A stretch of DNA of 64,000 nucleotides from Octopus sinensis (taxonomy: Eukaryota), in the NCBI RefSeq assembly GCF_006345805.1, contig NC_043000.1, forward strand, positions 120,342,001-120,406,000, written 5' to 3'. A model generated the notes under the pieces. It saw nothing but the letters and a program-made list of their open reading frames with translations, ran no database searches and was not told where the DNA came from. The translations under genes and the position numbers were made by a program. This document shows, one piece after another, positions 38,587 to 51,332 of this stretch. The first letter of the stretch is position 1. Every line of letters begins with the position of its first letter.

Positions 38587-38624
38587 TCTTTCTGTAGAAG
38601 AGCGTAGGCTAGAAAGGTCAAAGA
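38587..38624 (+). ncRNA. Variant or decayed minimal hammerhead-like motif
   Basis: UCUUU-CUGUAGA-A-GAGC guag GCUA-GAAA-GG-UC-AAAGA: perfect 5-bp stem I, A6 replaced by U, one stem II mismatch, stem III broken. Confidence 0.5.
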
Positions 38625-38683
38625 CTTTTATTTTTGTTGAGCATCAAACAAATTCACCACATTTGTTGTTCCTTCACATACAT

Positions 38684-38714
<31 letters not shown>

Positions 38715-38919
38715 CACGCACACGCACACGCACACGCACATAGTAATCCTTCGCCATATCACGTTTCACCTATCGCGGTTTATTATTTAAGCCTACGTCG
38801 ATTCTTCCATGGTATTGTTCTGCATTTATAATAAACTAAGTAGATACAAATTATAAGAATAATAATAAAAAAAAATATACAGTACGGCCACATCACATTG
38901 AAAGCGATAGTCGAGGGAT

Positions 38920-38924
38920 TACTG

Positions 38925-38955
<31 letters not shown>

Positions 38956-39840
38956 ATGTGTGTGAAAAAATATATGTATGTGCATGTATGTATGTATGTA
39001 TGTGTGTTATATATATATATATATGTATATATATATGTGTGTGTGTATGTGTGTGTGTGTATATTTATTTGCATGTTTATGTGTGTATAAACATGTACAT
39101 TATTTGCATGCGCATTGTGTATATGTATATTGTATGTATGTGTATTGTATATGTATGTGTACAATTAAGTGTATATATGTGTGTGTATGTGTGCATTGTA
39201 TATATGTATATTGTAGGTGTGCTATATATGCATGAATACATGTATATGTATTGCGTGTATATATATGTATGCATTGTGTATGTATGTTATGTGTGTGTGT
39301 GTGTGTATATATATATTATATGTATGCGTACGTGTATGTGTATGCATTGTATGTATGTATATTGTGTGTATATGTGGTACATCTATGTATGTGTATGTAA
39401 ACACTATTTATATGTATATATGTATATATGTATATGCATTGTCTATAATATATATATTATATGTATATATTGCGTATGTATATTGCATGCATATATTGTG
39501 TATGTGTATTATTTACATGCTGTATGTGTGTATTGTATGTGTATATATATGCTAGGTGTATTTGTGTGATATTTATATTATGTATGTATGTGTGCGTGTG
39601 TTGTGTGTGTGTGTGTGTGTGTTGTGTGTGTATGTGTGTTATATATCTGTGTATGTTATATATAGATACATGTTATATTTGTGTGCTGTGTGTATATGTG
39701 ATATATGTGGGTACGTTGTGTGTGGGTGTGTGTGTTCTGTGTGTGTGTGTGTTGTTTGTATGTGGTGTGTGTTTGTATACTATGTGTGTGTGTGTGTGTG
39801 TGTTGTTGTGTGTGTGTGTGTGTATATATATGTGTGTGAC
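38920..39840. repeat. Degenerate (TG/TA) low-complexity tract
   Basis: Direct reading. Confidence 0.9.
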
Positions 39841-40207
39841 AAACAGACGCTATCTGACCAGCAGGCACGGACACATCTATCCACACCCGCATACTAACCT
39901 CCTGATAACCCCAAAATCATTCATGCATAAAGGGGAAGTATACACCACATTGGCTACTTCTTTTCTCTCAGTTCAGCCTTTCTGCTAATACCGACAGGTC
40001 AGTAAAAACATATTCTCGCCTTGAACTTAAAATATTCTGAGATGTATAAAAAATCCATTTTAATTTTTGCTGTCAAAAGGCTGTATATATATACCAAAGA
40101 TTGTATATATATACATGTAATGTGACAATTTGCGACAACCAATAATTAACGCAACCAATTCCCAATAATATATTTGTTTTATCCTTTTCTGTATATATAT
40201 GTATATG

Positions 40208-40283
<76 letters not shown>

Positions 40284-41804
40284 TACATATATGCATACAC
40301 ACGCACGTTATGTTATAAGATGTTAGCTAGGCAGAATCGTGCGTTAAGCACAATACTTTCCAGTATCTAGCCACTTTCTGCTAAGTTCCGTGTTCATATC
40401 ATACCCCAGTGACAACTTTTCTTTCGTTCTTCTATAAAATAAGAAGTAGTCAATTTATGGGCTTAATAAAATCGATTATACTCTCTCCTAAAATACATAA
40501 CCTTTTACCTGTCTTAGAAATTCTTATAATTGTAATTAATATTCTTAGGACTGCGGAGAGAAGAATTGATATTGAAGAGGGGAAAAATGTCTTGCAGCGT
40601 TTAGTTATGTCCCTTTACATTCTCTCTATAAACCTTGCCAAGTAATTTGCTTTTCATCCTCACGGGTCGATAAAATAAGTACTATCCAAATACTGATTGA
40701 TATATGTTGAGTATGCCCAATTCTCAAAACGTATGGCCTCCTGCCAATGTTAGAAATCATCCATCTTATTACTATTGCCTGGCAGTGTTAACTAAATTCT
40801 TTCTTTCATACGTTTTGAGTTCAGTCCTCACATAAGTAGAAATTTTCATTTATATCTTTTCAAGCTCGATAACGTACCAGTCAAATAATGGCACCATTAT
40901 TAAGACCTCGAACGTTAAATGTTATGGTATTTAGAAACAGCTCTTTACTTTCTGAGTTCAAGCTCCGTCAATGTAAATTTTTACATTGGTACTTCTGGGA
41001 GTTAGAATACAGTAACTAGTCAAATAACGAGTTATTAAGGACGGCTGTTCCCAACTCACAAATTATGTATCGTTGTCCCTAGTTAGAAATAATAATAATT
41101 ATTATAATAGCACCAACGACCAAAAGTGTTCGAGCTACGATCATCCAGTCTATTATGGATATCTAAAAATTCGGTATCCAGTGCATCCTTCTCGTTTCTC
41201 AAGATAATAGGGTGTGTTTGGGAAAGATAGGCTTGTCATATACAGCATTCTTATTTCAGGTCCACTGAAATGAGAGTTGATTGATGTATTATTTGTTTAT
41301 ACCATAGGAAAGTAGGCGACGTATTTCTGCAATGGGTATCGTCGATAAAACAACCTCAGTAACGGTTTGTTACATTACTTAATTGAATATCAGAATAAAA
41401 GTTTGGAAGGGTTTGTTACATTATTCAAACGAATACTAGAATAAAAGTTTGAAACGGTTATAGGAATAAGGCTAAAATTTTGGAGGGAGGAACAAGTCGA
41501 TTACAACTATTCCATTGTTCGAATGGCACTTATTTCATCGAACCCTGAAAGAATAGTAGGAAAACTCGACCTCGATGACATCTGAAGACATATATTTATA
41601 TTTGTATTTACACATACAACCAACTTAAATGTAAAGAATATGGCAAAAAAAAACACAAAAAAAAAACAAAAAGAAACTAATCGGAAAATTCCCATCATCA
41701 GCTTTTTGTTGACTGTCACTTTGTTTTCGATGCCTTACGACAAGACCTCTACTGTCAGCAACTTTAAATGATAGTTGCTAGTAATGCAGTGGAAATGCGA
41801 AGTA

Positions 41805-41880
41805 ATGGATGAGAAACATTATTTATATTATTTACACTTGACAGATATTTGTCCTCATCTTGTTTGTTGTTAACACTGAA
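41805..41880 (-). mobile_element. 3' tail fragment of the hammerhead-bearing SINE
   Basis: Reverse complement gtgttaacaacaaacaagatgaggacaaatat matches 44973-45005; another fragment at about 42670-42720. Confidence 0.8.
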
Positions 41881-42817
41881 CGCAGAACGTAAAGATAGAC
41901 GAAATATCGCAAAATATTTCGTCGCGTTGAAGATTCTGCCATCCCGCAGCATTGAATACCAGAAGAAAGTAAGGCAAACAGAACCGGGATGTGCATTGAA
42001 CGAGGAACATAAAGGAGCGCAAGTACATTCTATAAGGTATTTTGTCCGACACTTTAATTACAGGTTCTGCCAACGCATCAACTTCTGGATCATTTATTAG
42101 TGATAGGAATAAAGATTATAAGTACTTTTAATTGAAATGACACTGACGTTTTCGTAGATTTCCATTAAAGGAAAATTTCCTGCTTGAGTTACTTTCGTTC
42201 CGTTTACCTTGATCTACGTATTTTTGGTGTTTCCGTTTGATTTCTTCAATATAAGAACACTACAGCACACAGCCATTTATCTTACACTACTATATCCTAT
42301 ACTGTTTAGTCATGGTACCTCTCTCTTGTGTCAGTTATTCTCTCTCTCTCTGTCTCCCCTTTTCCTGCCCTCTCTTTGTCTTTTCCCTCTGTCTTCTATG
42401 TTCTGTCCGTCTTATTCTTCTATTTCTTTTTTCCGTTTCTCTCCGCTTTCAAATCCCCATCAATACTCGCTCTTTCGCTACTTTCCACTACTTCCCTTCA
42501 TGTCTCAGATACTATTCTTCTTGCTTTTTCCTCATACTGTCTTGTATATTTCGTTTCCTTTCTTCTCCCGAAAACATTGTTTACTCTGTGCGCCTCCACA
42601 ATCGCTTCTTATAATTTTCTTATACTTTCAGTTCCATATTTAAGAGATTAGGAATGATGAACATTTTTTACATTATTCACATTATTTACATTTGACGGAT
42701 ATTTGTCCCCATCTTGTTTCTGGTTTGCTCGACTAAAAAGCGGTGCTCCAGCATGGCCGCATTCAAATGACTGAAACAAGTAAAAGAGTAAAAGAATATA
42801 CAGAGTATATATATATA

Positions 42818-43055
42818 TATAATCAAAATAAGCAGCAAGGATATCCAGAGGTAATGCAGTACGATCGTATTACTTGCATTGTTTAATTAAATGGAGTCGC
42901 ACGAAACGATCGTACTGCATTACCTCTGGATGTCCTTGTTGCTTATTTTGATTATAATCACCCCATTTTGAATTACATGGATAATACCATACTAAATTCT
43001 GGCGCCTTTAACTTAAGTACCATATTCAACTGAGTCTAAATTTTTACTGAACTTA
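42818..43055 (+). mobile_element. Fold-back fragment of an unclassified (Penelope-like?) repeat
   Basis: 51-bp arms at 42818-42868 and 42906-42956; the distal part cttaagtaccatattca.ctga.tctaaattttt is also at about 16725-16760. Confidence 0.6.
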
Positions 43056-43333
43056 TATATATATCTTTCAATGTGTGCGAACATCCCACAAGTATATACG
43101 TGAATTATAGATGTATGTTAATACACACACACACACACACACAAATGCGAATGCATAATTGAACCAGTTGGCGTATCTTTTATATACAATAAATAAATTA
43201 ATAAAACCATACAGTTATACTTTATTCAATAAGCTCTCTATAGGCGATTTTTTTAGGGAAAGTGAGTGAAGCAAATTCTTTTATACCAAACTCCGTTGTA
43301 TGGATTTATTCAATCATTTAATTACCCAACCCA

Positions 43334-43403
<70 letters not shown>

Positions 43404-43581
43404 GTACATATATTCTATGTATTTCTACATATATATGTTTGTCTGTAGGCATGTATGTATTGACTATGGCATTCGAAGCATCTACAAGAAGCACAATGTA
43501 CAGAATATTAGCATTTAACTCGCCCAATGTATGTTTGTTAATGCATGTGAATGTAATTTCTCGTCGAATCCAGTAAAGACA

Positions 43582-43800
43582 TTTAAAACATTAGCAAGGC
43601 ACATCTCACTCACGTGTCTTAAGATAACGCAATAATCACTTCTGAACTTGACTAATAGAACACACATGAAACCGCGTAAACACACGTACGTATGTATGTA
43701 TATGTATAGGGTGCATGTGTGTTCTTTTAGTTAAGTTCAGAAGTTACTGTTGCGTTATCTTAAGACAAATGCGTTAGATGTGCCTTGCTAGTGTTTTAAA
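43582..43800. mobile_element. MITE-like fold-back, ~87-bp imperfect arms
   Basis: Arms 43582-43668 and 43714-43800, about 85-90% complementary. Confidence 0.65.
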
Positions 43801-43924
43801 CGATTTATTTAGCTTATAAGCGTTTCAATTAAACTGGCCAAGTGTTGCACATTGCTATCTGATCAATCCTACAGTTGATCGACTAAAAACTGATAGAAAG
43901 AAAGGAATTGTTATTTCTACTCTA

Positions 43925-44457
43925 GGCACTAGGCCTGAAATTTGTGTTTAACTGGTACTTAATTTATCGACCCCGGAAGGGTGGAAGGCAAAGTCGACCA
44001 CGGCGGAATTTGAACTCAGAACGCAAAGCCGGTCGAAATACCTATTTCCTTACTGCCCACAAGGGACTAAACACAGAAGGGACAAACAAGGACAGACACA
44101 CGGATTAAATCGATTATATCGACCTCATTGCGTAACTGGTACATATTTAATCGACCCCGGAAGGATGAAAGTAGCGGTAGACGAAATACCGCTAAGCATT
44201 TCGCCCAGCGTGCTAACGATTCTTATTTCTTTATTGCCCACAAGGGGCTAAACATAGAAGGGACAAACAAGGACAGACGAATGGATTAGGTCGATTGCAT
44301 CGACCCCAGTGCATAGCTGGTACTTAATTTATCGACCCCGAAAGGATGAAAGGCAAAGTCGTCCTCGGCGGAATTTGATCCCAAAACGTAACGGCAGACG
44401 AAATACCGCTAAGCATTTCGTCCGACGTGCTAACGATTCTGCCAGCACGCCGCCTTT
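43925..44457 (-). mobile_element. Family-A SINE multimer cluster
   Basis: Three or four units in reverse complement. Confidence 0.85.
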
Positions 44458-44571
44458 AGAAAGAAAGGAATTATGTGCCATTCTATTCTTTGAGGAACTA
44501 GATTGCCTCTGCTAAACTTAGTCAGCATTGTAATAAAGTAGGAGAGTGTATCGCAGTAAACTCAAGCTGAT

Positions 44572-45067
44572 TTATTTACATTATTTACATTCGACGGATA
44601 TTTGTCCTTATCTTGTTTGATGTAACACAACGTTTAGATTGATATACTCTCCAGCCTTCTTCAGGTGTCTTGGGGAAATTTTGAACCTGGGTTCTCATTC
44701 CAAAGGTATTCTTCGATGTCATTATTATTATTATTATTATAATTATTATTGTTCATGTCACTGCTTGGAATCGAACTCAGAATCTTGGCGTTAGTAGCCT
44801 GCGCTCTTAACCACTAAGCCGTATGCCTGAGTTCGATTCCAAGCAGTGACCTGAACAATAATAATTATAATAATAATAGTAACATCGAAGAATACCTTAG
44901 GAATGAGAACCCAGGTTCGAAATTTCCCCAAGAACCCTGAAGAAGGCTGGAGGGTATATCAACCGAAACGTTGTGTTAACAACAAACAAGATGAGGACAA
45001 ATATCCGTCGAATTTAAATAATGTAAATAATGTAAGTAATTCCTCATCTCTTAAATATAGAACTGTA
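44572..45067. mobile_element. tRNA-headed SINE carrying a hammerhead-like motif (minus, 44572-44826) plus inverted partial copy (plus, 44827-45067)
   Basis: Minus-strand head ggcttagtggttaagagcgcaggctactaac...gagttcgattcc, internal (AAT)n, then gacac-ctgaaga-a-ggctg...aaacgttgtgtt; arms of about 205 bp, spacer 46 bp. Confidence 0.85.
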
Positions 45068-45524
45068 TTATCAAGCTGACTTCTAATTTATTGACAAGTG
45101 TTCAAGGAAGGGAGAGACATGATTATCAGATGTTCTTAATTTAATGGCATTTTGTATTAGTATGTTTCATGTCAAGATAGAATTTTAATTTAATCTGTAA
45201 AACCCAGTAAATAGAGGAAGACAGACAAATTAAATAGAACTATTAAAGAAAATTACTGTCTATTAAGCAAAACAGTGTCCGTTAAGAAAAATATTTCGTT
45301 GACCGTTAGAATCTAAATTAAATATAATTACATTGCAGAAAGTAGGAGTCCATAACATAACATAAATAAAATATAGTAAAATAAAATATTACAGTGACTA
45401 AAGAATGAATTCAGAATCCATAAGGTTGTAGAAGACCTGTTATATTGTATGTCTTAATCCTATGGAGAAGTATACGGTGTCGAAAGGCAAGTCAGAATTA
45501 ATTTTATTTTTGAAACTAGGCACG

Positions 45525-46108
45525 AAGCTCGAAATTTTTGGTAAGGGGGTCAGTCAATTATATTGACTCCAACACGAAATGGTACTTAATTTATCTACCT
45601 CGAAAGGAGGAAAGGCAAAGTTGACCTCGGCGGAATTTGAACTTAGATTCTGCCGAGGTCGACTTTGCGTTTCATCTTTTCGGGGTCGATTAAATAAGTA
45701 CCAGTTACGCACTGGTGTCGATATAACCGACTTAATCCGTTTGTCTGTCCTTGTTTGTCCCCTCTGTGTTTAGCCCCTTGTGGGTAGTAAAGAAATAGGT
45801 ATTTCGTCTGCCGCTACGTTCTGAGTTCAAATTCCGCCGAGGTCGATTTTGCCTTTCATCCTTTCGGGGTCGATTAAATAAGTACCAGTTAAGCACTGGG
45901 GTCGATATAATCGACTTAATTACTTTGTCTGTCCTTGTTTGTCCCCTCTATGTTTAGCCCCTTGTGGGTAGTAAATAAATAGGTATTTCATCTGTCTTTC
46001 CCCTCTTTTGGGGTCGATAAATTAAGTACCAGTTGCGTACAGGGGTCGATCTAATCGACTGGCCTTCTTCCCAAATATTTCGGGCCTCGTGCATAGAGTA
46101 GAAAATAA
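45525..46108. mobile_element. Family-A SINE fold-back plus 184-bp multimer
   Basis: Inverted arms 45581-45636 and 45647-45702; junctions at 45798 and 45982. Confidence 0.85.
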
Positions 46109-47907
46109 TATTTCTTTACTCGATACGGATATATACAGGTATACCTAATAAAATCCAGAACTGTATTGTTATTTTCGTTCAAGTTCGCTGAGTGGTCGAG
46201 CAAATTTTATTATTTTCTGGGTTAATCCATCATTGTTTTTGAGTTAGCGTTGGCTACTGTGATTTTGGGCATCTATCGTTAATTGAATATCTGGAAATGT
46301 GCGTATGGTTGTGACCACTGTTTGAGCTTTCTTCTCGCTGTTGCAAATGACTACCGCCATTCCTTACTGTTGCAGACCAAATCACTTCGAGGCAGTTTCT
46401 GAATTGCACTGGATATGAATAAAAACAGCCAGAAGAGGATTGATAACATCAGCGCAGAGAAAATGTAGTAAATATAGCCTAAGAAATAACAAAAAAATAT
46501 GTAGAAGACAAATAACTAGAAAACATTAACAAAAGACATAATTGAATTGTAACAATAAGAAATAAGAAAAATTAATGTACAAAACTACAATTCCTAAATT
46601 TCTCAGTGGAATCGACGGTGCATTATTAATGAAAACTGAAGAAAATTCCAAGAGTCTATTGTTAAAGTCGGTAATCATGCGTCTATGGAAAGGACAAACG
46701 TATTACATTTGAAAGACCAAATCTTTTATGCGTGTTATTTGTTCATTTTCCCTTTTTTTATAGAATAAATTATCGAGAAGACTCTTGTAGTTGCATGCGA
46801 AATTTCATAATGCTGGTACAAAAATGTTGGACGATACTATGGAGGTTGTTTGGTTCGGTGTGTCATTGTTCTGAGTCGTTATCATGACCTGATCTAAGTG
46901 GGTTTGCATTGGTTCATTTTAAACATTAGAAGAATTCACCAGAATTAAGCATGTTTGCTATATTTTATAGAATTATAGTTTACCGAATAACAACACCATC
47001 AATAGCATAATACTGTTAAAATTTTCTACACGATACAGACGATATAGGCAGCCGAGTACTGGATATAATAACTTCTTTTTAATTCAGTACAGTTACTGAG
47101 ATGCAGCACGAAGTCTTGTCAGTGAACAGGTCGCGGTCTCAAATCGACGAAAATATTTTGACAAATTAAATTTAAATGTTGAAGTGAATCTAACGGTTTT
47201 TGTGTGTTTCTCAAATGACTTATAAACACCTTCCACGCTGCAATAGCTTTAAAGTTATCAGGGAAAACGGAAACCGTTTACATTCATCGCATTTCCTAGA
47301 GTATTATAATTTTGAAGGTGCAAGATAGATGTGATGAAGTAAAGTAGTAAGAACTGGGATGTATCAAGAAATATTAGGGACAGTAATACGCCATAATTGA
47401 ATTTAAGGACTCAGGTTTCAGCGAGGTGATGCGCTAATAACGATAACTGTCCAGCTGACACAAAACAAAATTTTCTATGTCTTCAAATATTAGCTGATTA
47501 AATCAACCCCACAATATTATATGGAAGGATTCAATCAATACTATTGAAACTCGAATCAAAAATCAACGTCGGCTGGAATGGAAAAGAAATACTAGAATGG
47601 AAAAGGAATACTGTGACAAAGCATCCTAACAACTGCTGCTAATGGTTTCGTAGATTGACAGCAGGGACATGCATTACTTTTGGGTGGATATAATTCTTTG
47701 AATCGATCCCAATACATTTCTGATGCTATATCCCTTCTATGGAAACACAGAACCGGAATTAATCTCAAAGATCAGAAAGCAGAATGCTAAAACTGAACAC
47801 TCTTAGGTATTCACTTTGATTTGCATTTCTTAATGATCTATCCCTGCTCTCTTTGACAGATCCTCCTCTCCCCCTCCTCATGTCATCGTCATCTTCATCA
47901 TCATCAT

Positions 47908-47999
<92 letters not shown>

Positions 48000-48067
48000 C
48001 TCCCTCCACATCATCATCATTATTATTATTGATATTGTTGTTGTCGTTATTATTATTATTATTATTA

Positions 48068-48098
<31 letters not shown>

Positions 48099-48161
48099 GA
48101 AAGGGGTAATTTAGATAGCTAGCGGGAATACTATCTTAAGTTATGGTGACAACAATTCTCC

Positions 48162-48335
48162 TTAAATCTCAAGAATCTCTCTTAGGATTCCTGTAGATTG
48201 CAAGGTGACACAATTCCGCAGGCTGACAATGCAAGTTGCAGCCTTAAAGTGCTTTAGCTTCTTCCGTAGCTGTTTGCTTATTGTGCCAAAAGCACCAATT
48301 ATCACAGGAACAATTGTCACCTGGCTTCTATAATC
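48162..48335 (-). mobile_element. RLE-type LINE C-terminal fragment next to (ATT)n
   Basis: VTIVPVIIGAFGTISKQL...LQSTGILREILEI*. Confidence 0.75.
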
Positions 48336-48510
48336 TCTTCTCTCTGGTGTTGTTGTTTGCTCCTTCTCGAGCCATGCTTGGCTCATAAAGGCCGGCTTCC
48401 CAGTTTCCTTGGCGTATAGTTCCCCACCAGGATGGTACACCGGTCTGTCGCAGGTGAGCTGCAAGATTCAGGAGGAAAGAGTGAGAGTAAGTTGTGGCGA
48501 AAGAGTCAGC
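48335..48510 (-). mobile_element. Family C/D SINE 3' half
   Basis: Reverse complement matches 37830-37915 and 11500-11570. Confidence 0.75.
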
Positions 48511-49017
48511 AGAAGTTCGTCATTACCTCTTGCCGGAGCCGCGTAGTGAGAACCTCCATAACATTCTGTGGCTCTTATTCTGCATCACAGAGACTGACCT
48601 TTTATTCATGCCACTTTTCTATCACTTTGAATCGACAAACTCGGTTAAGATCGCAAATACATTCTTTTACCGACACAGTCATGCCTGCGCTTATACTCTT
48701 TTTGTGCTAGCTTACTGCATTCACTTGAGAAATGGTTGATAATTTCGTCTCTTTCTCAGCAGATCCTCCATTCGCTCTCTGAGTGAGCTTTATCCCCTAC
48801 CATCATCATCAACATGACTTCAAGCTACTTCTATGTCAGGCGGAATCACTTCTACCTTAATCTTGGATAAGTGGGTAGAAGGACCACTTTATCTGCTTTC
48901 ACTGTAGTTGTTGCCTGTTTCCTTGCAATTTCTTCTGTCCTAAAATGGAGCACAATTGATCCATATTTATTACCTCTTGCAAGATATGTTATATCTTGCC
49001 ATACCCTTAAAGCTTTC

Positions 49018-49145
49018 TTTGACTTTGCCTTTCATCCTTTCGTGACCGATAAAATAGGCACCAGTTGAGCACTGGGATTGATGTAATCGACTACTCACCT
49101 TCCTCAAAATTTCAGGCCTTGTGTCTTTAATAGAAAAGAATATTA
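49018..49145 (+). mobile_element. Family-A SINE 3' half
   Basis: gactttgcctttcatcctttcg...gaaaagaattattatt. Confidence 0.8.
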
Positions 49146-49499
49146 TTACTGTTGTTACTGTTGCTAATATCCTCCACCTCCTCCACCCCTCCTCCTCCTC
49201 CTCCACATCATCATCGCCATTTTTTCTATTGCATCAAATAAATATTTTCATGTAAAAGCTCTAAGAACAATTAATTTCTAATTGAATTACCTTACCAGTA
49301 AAGTTACCGTTTCAGGTTTACGAACTTTAGGATTGTTTAAAGTTTTACACCATTATCTATAACAGAAGAAAAGTGTGTCATTAGACATTTTAAAATCCTT
49401 ATATAATTTAAGTAGCCATTTGCAATATATCATTCGCTGCAATGATAGCTGCCCCAGGATTAGTAGGAAGAATGGTCTGAAATATTTCTTGTAGTTCTG

Positions 49500-49684
49500 T
49501 AGTAAGAAGCTTTCTTGCCAACCACATGGTTTCGGTTTCAGTCCCACTGCATGGCATTTTGGAGAAGTGCCTTCTACTATAGGGTCGGGCCGATCAAAGT
49601 CTTGTGAGTGGATTTGATTGACGGAAAATTAAAAAGACCGTCGTGTGTGTGTATACATACACACACATATATAAACATATATGT

Positions 49685-49747
<63 letters not shown>

Positions 49748-50030
49748 ATAATATATATATATATATATTGAGTGTGTGTGTGTGTTTGCATGTATTCATG
49801 TTTCTCACTACCACTTCACAACCGGTGTTGGTGTGCTTACATCTTCGTAACTAGCGGTTCGGCAAAAGAACCGACAGAATAAGTACCAGTCTTAGAAAAA
49901 CAACATAAAAAACACCCCCCCCCAAAAAAAAAATACTACTAAAGTTGGTTCATTCTACTAAAGATCCTTCAAGGAGGTGCCCAAGTATAGCCTCAGACTA
50001 ATGACTGAAACAAGTGAAAGATAAAGGATA
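49500..50030 (+). mobile_element. CORE-like SINE family B, diverged, internal (TA)n of about 150 nt
   Basis: Family motifs. Confidence 0.8.
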
Positions 50031-50512
50031 GCTATAAAAATTTGTTCTGAAGACAAATGGCATTAGGAATAGCATTGGTAATCCAACACCCATATGAACA
50101 ACTGGATACCTTTGTGGATTACAAAAGATGCACTATATGAGACATTTCAAAGAAATATAAAGGAACGGACGATGTATGTTACAAATGTTAGTGCTTCTTT
50201 GCTCGGTGAATTTATTCAAGAAAAGTTGAGGACGGATATATAACTGTTAAAATATCTGCTGACCATATATCAGAATATGAAACCATTGTTATTATTACTA
50301 TTAATTATATTTTGTTTTCATAAGATTCATGCAAGTTTCTAAAGCAACAGAAGTTGAGCTTCTGTGTCCTTAAGATCTGAGCTACACTGTTTTTACTGGA
50401 AATGTAGAATTTTAATTCTACTAGCATAGCCATTGTGCTTTTCATTTTGGGTATTACTTGATTAGAAATATGTGCAATATAAACTATATTATCATCATCA
50501 TCATCATCATCA

Positions 50513-50586
<74 letters not shown>

Positions 50587-50637
50587 GTTATTATTATTAT
50601 TATTATTGTTATTATTATTATTATTATTATTATCATA

Positions 50638-50815
50638 AGATCGAAAATACCTTAGGAATGAGAACCCAGGTTCGAAATTTCTCCAAGACACCTGATGAAG
50701 GCTGGAGGTTATATCAGCCGAAACGTTGTGCTAACAACAAACAAGATGAGGACAAATATCCATCAAATGTAAATAATGTACATAATTCCTCATCTCTTAA
50801 ATATAGAACTGTATT
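50638..50815 (+). mobile_element. Headless copy of the hammerhead-bearing SINE tail with intact core (50687-50732)
   Basis: GACAC-CUGAUGA-A-GGCUG gagguuauau CAGCC-GAAA-CG-UU-GUGCU; flanks match 44885-45067. Confidence 0.85.
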
Positions 50816-51059
50816 CTTTTTTAGTGTTGGCTGTATCCGTGAATCTACGGACAGTTACGTAATTTTAATTTGGGTTCGCAGAAACCATTATTTGAGATAA
50901 GTGGGGCCATATTCACGAGTGATGGGAGGGATTCAGTATTTTGAATCGGGTGCTAGACTTGCATGGGCCTGCGAAGTAATGTAACGGATTCAGTACCTGT
51001 TAAATAACAAAAAAGCCACACCTGTTCTCTTTAGTTCGGTTTTCTTACTTGTATTCACC

Positions 51060-51275
51060 TATGGTTATGAATCTTGCGTAAAGATGCAAATAATAGGATC
51101 GTGAATACAAGCGGTTGAAATGCTTCCCCCGAAGGATCTCTGGAGTGATGTTACTCGGCAGACTGCGTACTTTGAAGATCAGGGAATCTATCCCGTTCGA
51201 GCCGCTACTCTTCTGCCTTGAGAGGTCACAGCTCCCGTACTATGGATATATGATCAGAATGTCATCTGTATATAT
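51060..51275 (+). mobile_element. RTE-type LINE C-terminal fragment
   Basis: RRISGVMLLGRLRTLKIRES...EPLLFCLERSQLPYYGYMIRM resembles RRI.GV...DR.R...IR....EPLL..IERSQLRW.GH..RM. Confidence 0.75.
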
Positions 51276-51280
51276 AAAAG

Positions 51281-51332
<52 letters not shown>

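Noticed and set aside
38898-39988. Long Cys/Val/Tyr/Met-rich ORFs
   Set aside because: Degenerate TG/TA repeat.
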